A stretch of DNA of 64,000 nucleotides from Candidatus Latescibacterota bacterium. Lineage in GTDB: Bacteria > Latescibacterota > UBA2968 > UBA8231. Made by a program: the position numbers and the translations under genes. The notes beneath the pieces are model-generated. The model searched no databases, was not told the DNA's origin, and saw nothing but the letters and a program-made list of their open reading frames with translations. Below, piece after piece: positions 1 to 8,258 of this stretch. The number at the start of each line of letters is the position of its first letter. Position 1 is the first letter of the stretch. The stretch is taken from positions 1,984,001 to 2,048,000 of the forward strand of contig OZ242005.1 in assembly GCA_965204725.1 (NCBI GenBank), given 5' to 3'.

Positions 1-864
1 CAGTCGCAAGCGGCCCGCCCAGCGGCGCACCAAAGCGCGCCCTTGCCAAAAGCGCGGGTCCCAACGCCGGCCGCACAACGCACGCTGGCCCACCCTTAAA
101 AGAACGGCCTCCGGTCCGCGGCGCGCCGACGCGCCGAGCAGGAGCCGGACCCGCTGCGCGTACTCCTCCACGCTCGGCGGCTGCCCGGTCGGCGCGAGCA
201 GCCGCGCCTTGGTCCGGGCCAGCGGCTCGCTGCGCCGCAAGACGACCAAGGCCGTCTGCACCTTGTTGAAGGCACCGGGCAAGGCGACAACGGCCCGCAC
301 CTCCGCGCGCGCGAGCAACCAGTCGCGCACACCCTGCCGCCGGGCGTTGGCGAGGAATCCCTCGGGCAGGATCAGGGCCATCCAACCAGCGGGCCGGGTC
401 AGTTGCAAGGCGCGCTCGGCAAAAAGTGCCTCCACCGGGAAGGCCGACACCTGCTTCTGTCCATCGAGCAGCCTAAAACGCTGGACGAGCCGGCTCGATC
501 CATCCGGCCCCAACCAAGGCAGCATCGGCCCCAACTTGCCAAAAGGCGGGTTGGCCAACACGCAATCAAACGACTCGTCGGCAACTGCGGGAAAAGCGCC
601 GAGCAAGCCGTCGCCGGTGTAAAAGCGGTCGGCCCGACGGCGTCCTTGCTCGACCAGCCGCCCGTCAATCTCAATGCCCGTAGTCTGATAATCTGGGCCG
701 ACGACGGCCAACAACGCCCCTTCGCCCGCCGCTGGATCGACCACGCGCACCCCAGCCCTTAGCTCGTCTCCGGCCAGTGTCCGCACTGCGTCCCAAGCCA
801 GTCGCGCTACGGCTGGCGGGGTAAAATGCTGCGCTAGGGTCTTCGCGTTTCCCCTGTTACTCAT
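1..864 (-). CDS. N6-adenine DNA methyltransferase (HsdM/type IIG-like), runs off the left edge
   Basis: Not in the ORF track. Manual translation from ATG at 864: MSNRGNAKTLAQHFTPP (motif X), VVDPAAGEG (motif I), GIEID, FDCVLANPPFG (motif IV), ALILPEGFL. Open to position 1. Confidence 0.85.
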   Translation of the reverse strand, partial: MSNRGNAKTLAQHFTPPAVARLAWDAVRTLAGDELRAGVRVVDPAAGEGALLAVVGPDYQTTGIEIDGRLVEQGRRRADRFYTGDGLLGAFPAVADESFDCVLANPPFGKLGPMLPWLGPDGSSRLVQRFRLLDGQKQVSAFPVEALFAERALQLTRPAGWMALILPEGFLANARRQGVRDWLLARAEVRAVVALPGAFNKVQTALVVLRRSEPLARTKARLLAPTGQPPSVEEYAQRVRLLLGASARRGPEAVLLRVGQRALCGRRWDPRFWQGRALVRRWAGRLRL

Positions 865-963
865 TGGTGTATCCCATTTGGGGCAACAGCCTCTTATTGC
901 AGATAGTCAAACGGCCTAGATAACAAACTGCCGAACAAACCATTGGAGGGCCAAGCGGCTCGC

Positions 964-979
964 TGGCATACTTTCTGCT
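964..979 (+). promoter_or_regulatory. putative sigma54 (-24/-12) promoter of ssb
   Basis: TGGCATACTTTCTGCT, a GG-N10-GC element about 80 bp upstream of the ssb ATG. Confidence 0.5.
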
Positions 980-1056
980 ATTTCCATACCAAGCGTCCAC
1001 CAACGGGACGCCTCACTCGCTTACCGTTTGTACCCATCCATTCTCAGGAGGATCCC

Positions 1057-1458
1057 ATGCCGACCTTAAGGATGCCCAACATCAACCAAGTCGCCCTCAG
1101 CGGCCGCTTGGTGCAAGAACCCGACTTCCGCTTCATGGACAACGGAGCTGCCCGCCTGCGAGGGCGGATCGCCGTCAACCGCTCCTATCGCGACCGCAAT
1201 CAAGAGTGGCAAGAGGAGACCTCCTTCTTCGACATCATCCTCTGGCAAAAAGCCGCTGAAACCTTGGCTAAGCGGCTGCACAAGGGCACGCCGGTCTTTG
1301 TCACGGGCCGCCTGCAAAGCCACTCTTGGCGCAACGACGACGACCAGCTCCGCTTCCGCGTCCAAGTGCAGGTGCGGAACCTGCAAGTGCTAGAACGAGA
1401 TGCAGAAGCCCTGCCGGCGGAAGACGCGCAGGAAGACACCGCCCTCCGGGCGGCTTGA
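1057..1458 (+). CDS. ssb: single-stranded DNA-binding protein lacking the acidic C-terminal tip
   Basis: INQVALSGRL, IAVNR, EETSFFDIILW, KGTPVFVTGRLQS OB-fold motifs; SD AGGAG before ATG 1057. Confidence 0.9.
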   Translation: MPTLRMPNINQVALSGRLVQEPDFRFMDNGAARLRGRIAVNRSYRDRNQEWQEETSFFDIILWQKAAETLAKRLHKGTPVFVTGRLQSHSWRNDDDQLRFRVQVQVRNLQVLERDAEALPAEDAQEDTALRAA

Positions 1459-1527
1459 GCAAGGAATGCGCGCGGGCCGGCGGGTGCAGTCGGCGGACGA
1501 ACGAGACGCGCCGCGCCCAGCCCGCGC

Positions 1528-2709
1528 TTATTCCACTCGCTCAAAGAGCGCGGCAATGCCCATGCCCCCGCCAATGCACAACGCGGCGATCCCCAGCCGG
1601 ACGCGGTGCTGCTGCATCTGGTGCAAAAGTGTGGTGGCTAGGCGCGCCCCGCTGGCGCCGACGGCGTGGCCCATGGCAATGGCCCCGCCTTGGATGTTCA
1701 CTTGGTCCCAGTCCCAATCCAACTCTCGGCCCACAGCCAAGCTCTGGGCGGCAAAGGCTTCGTTGAGTTCAATCCGGTCGATGTCTTCGAGCCGGGTCCC
1801 GGTCTGGGCCAACAGCTTGCGAATGGCCGGGGCCGGGCCGATCCCCATAATGCGGGGGTCAACGCCTGCACTGGCCGTTCCCCGCAGGTAGGCCAGCGGC
1901 GTCAGCCCGCGCACCTTGGCCCCATCGGCGGTCATCAACAGCAGCGCGGCGGCCCCATCGTTGATTCCCGAAGCATTGCCCGCGGTCACAGTCCCATCCT
2001 TCGCAAACGCCGGTTTGAGCCGACTCAGCTGCTCAACGGTGGTCCCGGGGCGCGGATGCTCGTCGGTTGCAAAAAGGGTCTCCCCGCCTTTTTGCGCGAT
2101 ACCTACGGGCACGATCTGACCGGCAAACGCCTCCTGCTCTTGGGCAGCGGCCCACCGCTGTTGGCTCCGCGCTGCGAATTGGTCCTGCTCGGCGCGGGTA
2201 ATGCCGTACTCAGCGGCCAAGTTCTCGGCCGTGACCCCCATGTGGCAGTCGTAAAAGCAATCCCACAGCCCATCGAGCAGCAGCATGTCCTCCACCGCGC
2301 CGTGCCCTAGCCGCTGACCCCACCGCGCCCTGGGCAGCACATAGGGGGCTTGGCTCATGTTTTCCATGCCCCCGGCCAGCACGACCTCGGCCTCGCCGGC
2401 CCGCAGGCTTTGGGCGGCCAGCCCGATGGCCTTCAGCCCCGAGCCGCAGAGCTTATTGACCGTCATGGACGGCACCTCGTACGGCAGCCCGGCCGCGATG
2501 GCCGCTTGGCGCGCTGGATTGGCCCCGGCCCCGCCCTGATACACCATGCCCATCAGCACTTCATCCACTTCGCGCGCTTCTATATGGCTCTCGGCCAAGG
2601 CCGCGGCGAGCACCTTGCCGCCGAGCTCGGCCGCCGTTATGTCCTGCAATGCCCCGCCAAAGCGGCCCGTGGCCGTGCGCCGGGCACTGACTACAACTGG
2701 ATCTGCCAT
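1528..2709 (-). CDS. acetyl-CoA C-acetyltransferase (thiolase)
   Basis: NKLCGSG, NEAFA, GHAVGASG and CIGGG thiolase motifs. Confidence 0.95.
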   Translation of the reverse strand: MADPVVVSARRTATGRFGGALQDITAAELGGKVLAAALAESHIEAREVDEVLMGMVYQGGAGANPARQAAIAAGLPYEVPSMTVNKLCGSGLKAIGLAAQSLRAGEAEVVLAGGMENMSQAPYVLPRARWGQRLGHGAVEDMLLLDGLWDCFYDCHMGVTAENLAAEYGITRAEQDQFAARSQQRWAAAQEQEAFAGQIVPVGIAQKGGETLFATDEHPRPGTTVEQLSRLKPAFAKDGTVTAGNASGINDGAAALLLMTADGAKVRGLTPLAYLRGTASAGVDPRIMGIGPAPAIRKLLAQTGTRLEDIDRIELNEAFAAQSLAVGRELDWDWDQVNIQGGAIAMGHAVGASGARLATTLLHQMQQHRVRLGIAALCIGGGMGIAALFERVE

Positions 2710-2745
2710 GTTTCCTATTCCACCTTTCGCTTATGCGGGGCCGCG

Positions 2746-2774
2746 TTGACGCCGAGCCGCCGCGAACTTAACTT
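2746..2774 (+). promoter_or_regulatory. sigma70-type promoter of tRNA-Ala
   Basis: TTGACG-N17-TAACTT, 16 bp upstream of the tRNA. Confidence 0.55.
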
Positions 2775-2790
2775 TTTACCTACTCGATAG

Positions 2791-2866
2791 GGGGCTGTAG
2801 CTCAGCTGGGAGAGCGCGGGCTTTGCAAGCCTGAGGTCGTCGGTTCGATCCCGATCAGCTCCACCA
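2791..2866 (+). tRNA. tRNA-Ala (TGC)
   Basis: GGGGCTG acceptor stem, D-loop AGCTGGGA, anticodon arm CGGGC-TTTGCAA-GCCTG, GGTTCGATCC T-arm, encoded CCA; 76 nt. Confidence 0.97.
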
Positions 2867-2896
2867 AATATCGCGGACGCTGCGAAAATCCCAACA

Positions 2897-3177
2897 CTAA
2901 ATGACTTGCAAGCTGTAGAGATGCTTCGACTTCGCTACGCTGCGCTCAGCATGACACACAGACGAGGACTGCGTACCCCAGCCCTTGTCATACTGAGCGA
3001 AGCGAAGTATCTCATACCCAAAACGCCCGCAAACGCGGAAATCCAGTCTTAAAGGATGTAGGACGGCTATATAGCAATCCTAAATGACTTGCAAGCATGT
3101 AGAGATGCTTCGACTACGCTACGCTACGCTCAGCATGACACACAGACGGGGACTGCGTGCCCCAGCCCTTGTCATAC
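2897..3177. repeat. REP-like inverted pair within a ~97-bp direct duplication
   Basis: 2897-2993 is repeated at 3080-3177; GAGATGCTTCG...GCTCAGCATGACA (2918-2956) is inverted to TGTCATACTGAGCGAAGCGAAGTATCTC (2986-3013). Confidence 0.8.
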
Positions 3178-3233
3178 CAACAAAAAATAAACCTCAATCA
3201 ACCTAAAGGCGAAAATTTCCCACGGAGGACCCG

Positions 3234-4808
3234 ATGCCGCACGACCCATGGCGACTCATCTACGTCAGCGACCCTTCGGGCAACGCCAACTACGATTTTG
3301 ACCCGGGCAGGGCGCGTCCCCTCATAACCTCCCACCCCGCCACGCCCGAGGAACTACGGCGCATCATCGACAACGTCGCCGCCAACAGGGCCGATACCTT
3401 TATCCAAGAGGTCTATAACGCCGGCTGGACCCTGTACTTTCGCTCCCCGCGCTTCGAGTACGACGCTCGTCCCCAGCACCGGCGCTTTATTCCCATGATG
3501 GACGACGGGATCATGCCGCTGCAAGTGATGCTCGACCAAGCCCGCAAGCACGGGATGAATTTCCTCGCTGGTTTTCGCATGAACGACAGCCACGGTGCGC
3601 CCGATCAGGGGGGGATGTTTCTCCACAAGAACCCGCAGTGGAAAATTGCGGAAATGCCGCCGGGCACGGCCTTCGTCCCCGGCAACAGGATGGATTTCAC
3701 CTTTGCCGAGGTGCGCGATTACCTCTTTTCCGTGATGGCGGAAGTCGTCGATCAATTCGACGTCGATGGGCTGGAGTTGGTCTTCCGCGAAGGTCTTTAC
3801 TTTCCCGCGCCCCAAGGCGATAGAAGCCTAGCGCACGCGCGCCAACCGCTTATGACCGACTTGATCCGGCGGGTGCGGGAAATGCTCGACCAAGCCGGAA
3901 GCAGCCGGGGCCGCGACCTGATTTTGGGGGTCCGCGTCCCGGAGACCTTGGCGGAGTGCCACAACTGCGGTCTCGACGTACCTACCTATATAAAGGAAGG
4001 ACTCGTCGACTATGTCGCTCCCCAAGACGCCATGTATTCGGATTTCAACGCCCCATACCAAGAGTTCAGCCAGCTCACCAAAGCTACTCCGTGCGCGCTC
4101 ATCCCCGGCCTCCTCCCCTATTGCGCCAACCTCGACCGCACCGGACCGCCTTTGACGCTCGAAAACTACCGCGCCTTGGCCCATTCGTTTGCTCGCCAAG
4201 GAGCCGACGGGGTCTCTATGTACAACTTTCAGATGCACTGGGATGCCTTCTGGAAATCGACCCGGGATCCCGGGTCGGAAGCCATGTATCCGCTAGCCCT
4301 TAGCTACCTGCGCGAACTGCGCGATCCGGCCAAAATTGTCGCGGGGGCGCGGCATTATCTCTTTCACCCTATGTGGAGCGGCTCTACGGCCTTTGGCACT
4401 CCGGGCACGACCGCCGGTGGAGTCGTCCGCGACGCCGAGATACAGCTCGAGCGAACGGAGCGGCAACCTTATGGGCAGTATCGCTTTCGCCTGTTTGAAA
4501 ACTTTGACGAACTCGTCTTTGCGAAGCTGTTCTTCCGCGCTACCGGCTTGGGGCCTTACGATCAAATTGCGGTCGATGTCAACGGCACGGCCATCCCCGC
4601 CCACAGCGTCCGCCGCATCTGGCACAGCGAGGGTCGGCCCCCCAATCAGGGACGGCCCCTCCCCGCTCATACCACCTGCATTATCGATCTGTCGTCGCCG
4701 CCTATACGCGCCGGCGACAATGCCCTCGGCGTCCGCTTGCTCTCCTCCGGCCTCCCCGAGGGGGCTGTCGTCATCGACGAGGTGGAAGTGACCGCGCTCC
4801 CGCGATAG
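3234..4808 (+). CDS. glycoside hydrolase family 10-like (GHL10) TIM-barrel protein
   Basis: FRMNDSH, MDFTFAEVRDY, FDVDGLELVF, GADGVSMYNF pattern; SD GGAGG. Confidence 0.6.
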   Translation: MPHDPWRLIYVSDPSGNANYDFDPGRARPLITSHPATPEELRRIIDNVAANRADTFIQEVYNAGWTLYFRSPRFEYDARPQHRRFIPMMDDGIMPLQVMLDQARKHGMNFLAGFRMNDSHGAPDQGGMFLHKNPQWKIAEMPPGTAFVPGNRMDFTFAEVRDYLFSVMAEVVDQFDVDGLELVFREGLYFPAPQGDRSLAHARQPLMTDLIRRVREMLDQAGSSRGRDLILGVRVPETLAECHNCGLDVPTYIKEGLVDYVAPQDAMYSDFNAPYQEFSQLTKATPCALIPGLLPYCANLDRTGPPLTLENYRALAHSFARQGADGVSMYNFQMHWDAFWKSTRDPGSEAMYPLALSYLRELRDPAKIVAGARHYLFHPMWSGSTAFGTPGTTAGGVVRDAEIQLERTERQPYGQYRFRLFENFDELVFAKLFFRATGLGPYDQIAVDVNGTAIPAHSVRRIWHSEGRPPNQGRPLPAHTTCIIDLSSPPIRAGDNALGVRLLSSGLPEGAVVIDEVEVTALPR

Positions 4809-4832
4809 GGGTCGCTTTTCTAAACTGCATTA

Positions 4833-4939
4833 GGCGCGGTGATCGACGGGGGCGCTGTATATTTTCTTTCTACGGCTAGCAACTTCCTTGCTGGCGAGGG
4901 CTGGCGGTATTTCACGGGCAGTCCGATGGTGAGATGGCC
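4833..4939 (+). pseudogene. orphan fragment of the GT-C paralogue first external loop
   Basis: Encodes GAVIDGGAVYFLSTASNFLAGEGWRYFTGSPMVRWP, matching the array paralogues; flanks are unrelated. Confidence 0.8.
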
Positions 4940-5102
4940 TGCGGCGTCAGACGGCGTAGGGGGCGTTTTGTGGGCAGTCTGTGGGGGCATGGGTTGGTTT
5001 GTAGCAAGTCTTATTCAATAAGACTTGGTCGGGTTGTTTTTGTGCGTTTTGTGCGTTTTGTGGCTTATAAACCAATGTACAAATGTACAGAGGAACGTTG
5101 AG

Positions 5103-7685
5103 ATGATGACCTTAAATTCGGATCGTGCTCGTGTGTATTTGGGGGATCGGGGTTTGCGCGGCTGTGTTCTTGCCCTGCTCGCCATCTGCACGGTGTGTTT
5201 CTGGATACGCACGGAGCACATCGCTGGGACTCTGCCTTATCCGCAGCATGTCGATGAGGCCATTATCGCAAACGCAGCGGGCGATATTATGAGGTATGGG
5301 GATTGGCATCCGGGGACCTTCAACTACCCGTCCCTCCCCAAATATCTTGCCGTAGCGGCGATGAGCGTCGGTTTCGTCTTCGCCGCGCCCGAATTGGAAG
5401 TCGTTGTCAACAAACAGCGTGGGATCGACATAAAGGATGATCTTGGGGACGTGTCTATGCCATTCTATACCGTTCCGGTCATTGTCGAGAAAGCGCGGTG
5501 GTTGTTTGCGTTGCTGTCGATCGTGGCCTTGGCGATGAGTGGCGTCGTGGCCTATCAACTGCTAGATCGGCCCAGTGCTTTGATACTTGGGCCGCTCGTG
5601 CTTGCACTCTCCTACGACTTCTTTGATATGTCCAAAAGTTATCTAAACGTCGATATCGTCGGTGCTTGTTTCGTCATGCTGGGCATAGCCGCAGCACTGC
5701 AAGGCACTCGCTGTCCTTCCCCATCGCTGCGCTGGCGCGCTGTCATACCGGCAATCTGTGCCGGCTTGGCGGCCGGCAGCAAGTACACCTACGGCCTTCT
5801 TCTGGTGCCCGTCCTGCTTGCCATCTATCTGTTCATGGAGCGTGGCCGCTGGCTTGGGGCGACGACCATCGCCCTAGCGACGGCGGGCCTATCGTTCCTC
5901 GCGGTCGTTCCATATAGCGTGATTGATCTGCCGACTTTTTTGAACGGACTCGCCACCGACGTTGCTGTTTATGCCACCGGGCATCCGGGCCATGAGGCCA
6001 ACCCCGGACTAGACCAACTCGCTTTCTATGTGTTCTGCCTTGCTCAGGATTTCGGGGTTCCCGGCCTTATTCTCTGTTTGCTGGGTCTGATTTACGCTGT
6101 TGTATCCGACTGGCGCAGGGCGCTTGTCTTCCTCTCATTCCCGGTGGCCTTGTTGGCTTTGCTCTCGGCGCAACAAGTCCACTTCTTGCGCAATATAATG
6201 CCTGTTTTCCCCTGCGTCGCAGTACTCATCGCTTGCGGTATTTACTTCCTTCATGGGTGCTTGATGCGCGTTCCTTGGATTCGCCGGATAGAAGTTCGCG
6301 GGCTTCAAAGCGCGATTGGCGTGGTTGGTTTTCTGGGCATCTTTGCGCTGGGCTTGAACTTACCACTCAGCAATTTTGCCGCCCTACAGATGGAAGTCGC
6401 TGGCGAAACTCGCGTAAGAGCGGTGGCTTGGATAAAGGAGCATGTCGCCACAGACACAACCGTTATCATCCCGGCGGAGCTTTATTTCGACTCCCGCCCG
6501 CTGGCTTCTAGTGGCTATCCGATACGGATAGTGGAATTCAAGTCCCTTGACACGGCGCAGCGCATTGACTCGCTCATGGCGGAAATTCCCGGACCCGTGG
6601 TCGTGCTCGTCCCAAAGTGGGTCGTTGATCTTCGGCAACTGGATGCAGACAGGGCCAAAGCCAAGGCGGCAGCACTGAATGAGGCGGTGAAGCAAGCGCA
6701 ACTTGTGCCGTTAGTTGACTTTGGGTCCTTTGGAGTGGAAATCAATCATTATGACTATGGGGGAGTCCCTGGGGGGAATCCCGGATTTAGCATTGCCCGA
6801 AGAGTGGCCGCCGAGCACGTGAACACGAAAGGAGGTTCTTCCTTCGATGCAAAAAGGCATCGCGCCCAGAGACAACGCTATGTGCAGCAACTCATCGAAC
6901 AGGCTGGCGAGCAGGTGATCCACGCCGACTCAACTTGGCCGATTAGCACTTGGGGCGTAGAACGGGCCGACGAGCAGGTGGGTCGCGCCGGCTGGGACGT
7001 GTACCGCAACGGACGCAAGCTGACCTACCACAAACAGCCGTGTGCCCCCGACGACGGGCAGACGAATTTTGTCTTGCAAGTTAGCCCTAACGACCCAGCC
7101 GACCTGCCAGCCGACCGCCAGCAGCACGGCTTTGACCACCTCGACTTCTATTTCCACATGCACGGCGGCGTCCGGCTCGACGACCAGTGCGTGGTGACCG
7201 CCCAACTCCCCGACTACCCCATCGGCCGCATCCATATCGGCCGGTGGATTGACGGCAACCACCGCATGCTCTGGGAAATGAAGGCCAAACCGTTCGCTGG
7301 AGAAAGGCATCGCGCCCAGAGACAACGCTACGTACAGCAACTCATCGAACAGGCCGACGAGCAGGTGGCTCGCGCCGGCTGGAGCGTGTACCGCACGGGA
7401 CGCCAACTGCTCTACCGCAAAGAGCCATGCGTCCCCGCCGACGTGCAGGCGAAGATCGTTTTACACGTCATCCCCACCGACCCAAATGTCCTTTCCATCG
7501 CCCGCCAGCAGCACGGCTATGACAGCCTCGGCTTCTACTTTGACCAGCGCGGCTTCCAGCTCGACGACCAGTGCATCGCAATCGCCCAACTCCCCGACTA
7601 CGCCATCGACCGCATCCGAGTCGGCCAGTGGATTGCCAAAGAGGACCGCACCCTCTGGGAAGCGGAGTTTTCGGCCAGCCAGTGA
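5103..7685 (+). CDS. GT-C (ArnT/PMT-like) glycosyltransferase with a divergent N-terminus and two C-terminal repeat modules
   Basis: HVDE loop motif, FNYPSL, GSKY, FLRN, many TM helices; from ~6840 it is near-identical to the array C-terminal modules; start could be 5025. Confidence 0.75.
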   Translation: MMTLNSDRARVYLGDRGLRGCVLALLAICTVCFWIRTEHIAGTLPYPQHVDEAIIANAAGDIMRYGDWHPGTFNYPSLPKYLAVAAMSVGFVFAAPELEVVVNKQRGIDIKDDLGDVSMPFYTVPVIVEKARWLFALLSIVALAMSGVVAYQLLDRPSALILGPLVLALSYDFFDMSKSYLNVDIVGACFVMLGIAAALQGTRCPSPSLRWRAVIPAICAGLAAGSKYTYGLLLVPVLLAIYLFMERGRWLGATTIALATAGLSFLAVVPYSVIDLPTFLNGLATDVAVYATGHPGHEANPGLDQLAFYVFCLAQDFGVPGLILCLLGLIYAVVSDWRRALVFLSFPVALLALLSAQQVHFLRNIMPVFPCVAVLIACGIYFLHGCLMRVPWIRRIEVRGLQSAIGVVGFLGIFALGLNLPLSNFAALQMEVAGETRVRAVAWIKEHVATDTTVIIPAELYFDSRPLASSGYPIRIVEFKSLDTAQRIDSLMAEIPGPVVVLVPKWVVDLRQLDADRAKAKAAALNEAVKQAQLVPLVDFGSFGVEINHYDYGGVPGGNPGFSIARRVAAEHVNTKGGSSFDAKRHRAQRQRYVQQLIEQAGEQVIHADSTWPISTWGVERADEQVGRAGWDVYRNGRKLTYHKQPCAPDDGQTNFVLQVSPNDPADLPADRQQHGFDHLDFYFHMHGGVRLDDQCVVTAQLPDYPIGRIHIGRWIDGNHRMLWEMKAKPFAGERHRAQRQRYVQQLIEQADEQVARAGWSVYRTGRQLLYRKEPCVPADVQAKIVLHVIPTDPNVLSIARQQHGYDSLGFYFDQRGFQLDDQCIAIAQLPDYAIDRIRVGQWIAKEDRTLWEAEFSASQ

Positions 7686-7745
7686 TGTGTCACAGCGGCG
7701 GGACCGCGAGACCTCACTACACCACACCAGCCTCCAGCCTTCCAA

Positions 7746-7792
7746 GGATCGAGGGCATCTTGCCCTCGTTGAGGGCGTCCCGCCCTCGATCC
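7746..7792. repeat. REP-like double palindrome
   Basis: GGATCGAGGGC-ATCTT-GCCCTCG-TT-GAGGGC-GTCCC-GCCCTCGATCC. Confidence 0.6.
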
Positions 7793-7937
7793 CGGACGCA
7801 GCGGCAACAGCAGAAAGGGCCTACGCAAAGCAAGGGGCGCGTACTTGGGTTGTCGCTTTTCTAAATTGACTTACAATTTAAGGGAACGTGGTAGCCCAGC
7901 CCGGTAGCCCGCTGAACCCAAACCAAAGGAGGAGATC

Positions 7938-8189
7938 ATGAACTGGAAGCAGTTACTAGCAGTGCTAACCCTAGTCGTACTCATGTTTTCCACGGCCATG
8001 ACCGTCTCAACTCTTTACAATATCTCGGGGTTTGAGAGAGTTGAGGGCAGAATTGGGCAGCTTGAGAGTAAAATTGGGCAGCTTGAGAGTAGAATCGACC
8101 GTCTTGACGACAAGATAGACGGACTCTCGAATGAGGTCGCCGAAATAAAGGGCGCCCTAAAAGCACATAAGATCATGGCGAATAGATAA
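7938..8189 (+). CDS. small membrane-anchored coiled-coil protein
   Basis: SD AAGGAGGAG; hydrophobic N-terminus; heptads IGQLESK-IGQLESR-IDRLDDK with a 21-bp-period tandem repeat at ~8051-8091. Confidence 0.7.
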   Translation: MNWKQLLAVLTLVVLMFSTAMTVSTLYNISGFERVEGRIGQLESKIGQLESRIDRLDDKIDGLSNEVAEIKGALKAHKIMANR

Positions 8190-8258
8190 GTTCTGGCCGA
8201 CCTAAACATTCCTTCCCAAACGTTCACTAATTTTTAGCCACTAAGAATACAGACGTAC

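Noticed and set aside
2791-2866. tRNA-Ala as integration site of a large island
   Set aside because: No duplicated tRNA 3' end or integrase seen in the window
2897-3177. CRISPR array
   Set aside because: Only two long units with a conserved interior, no unique spacers and no cas genes; REP-like instead
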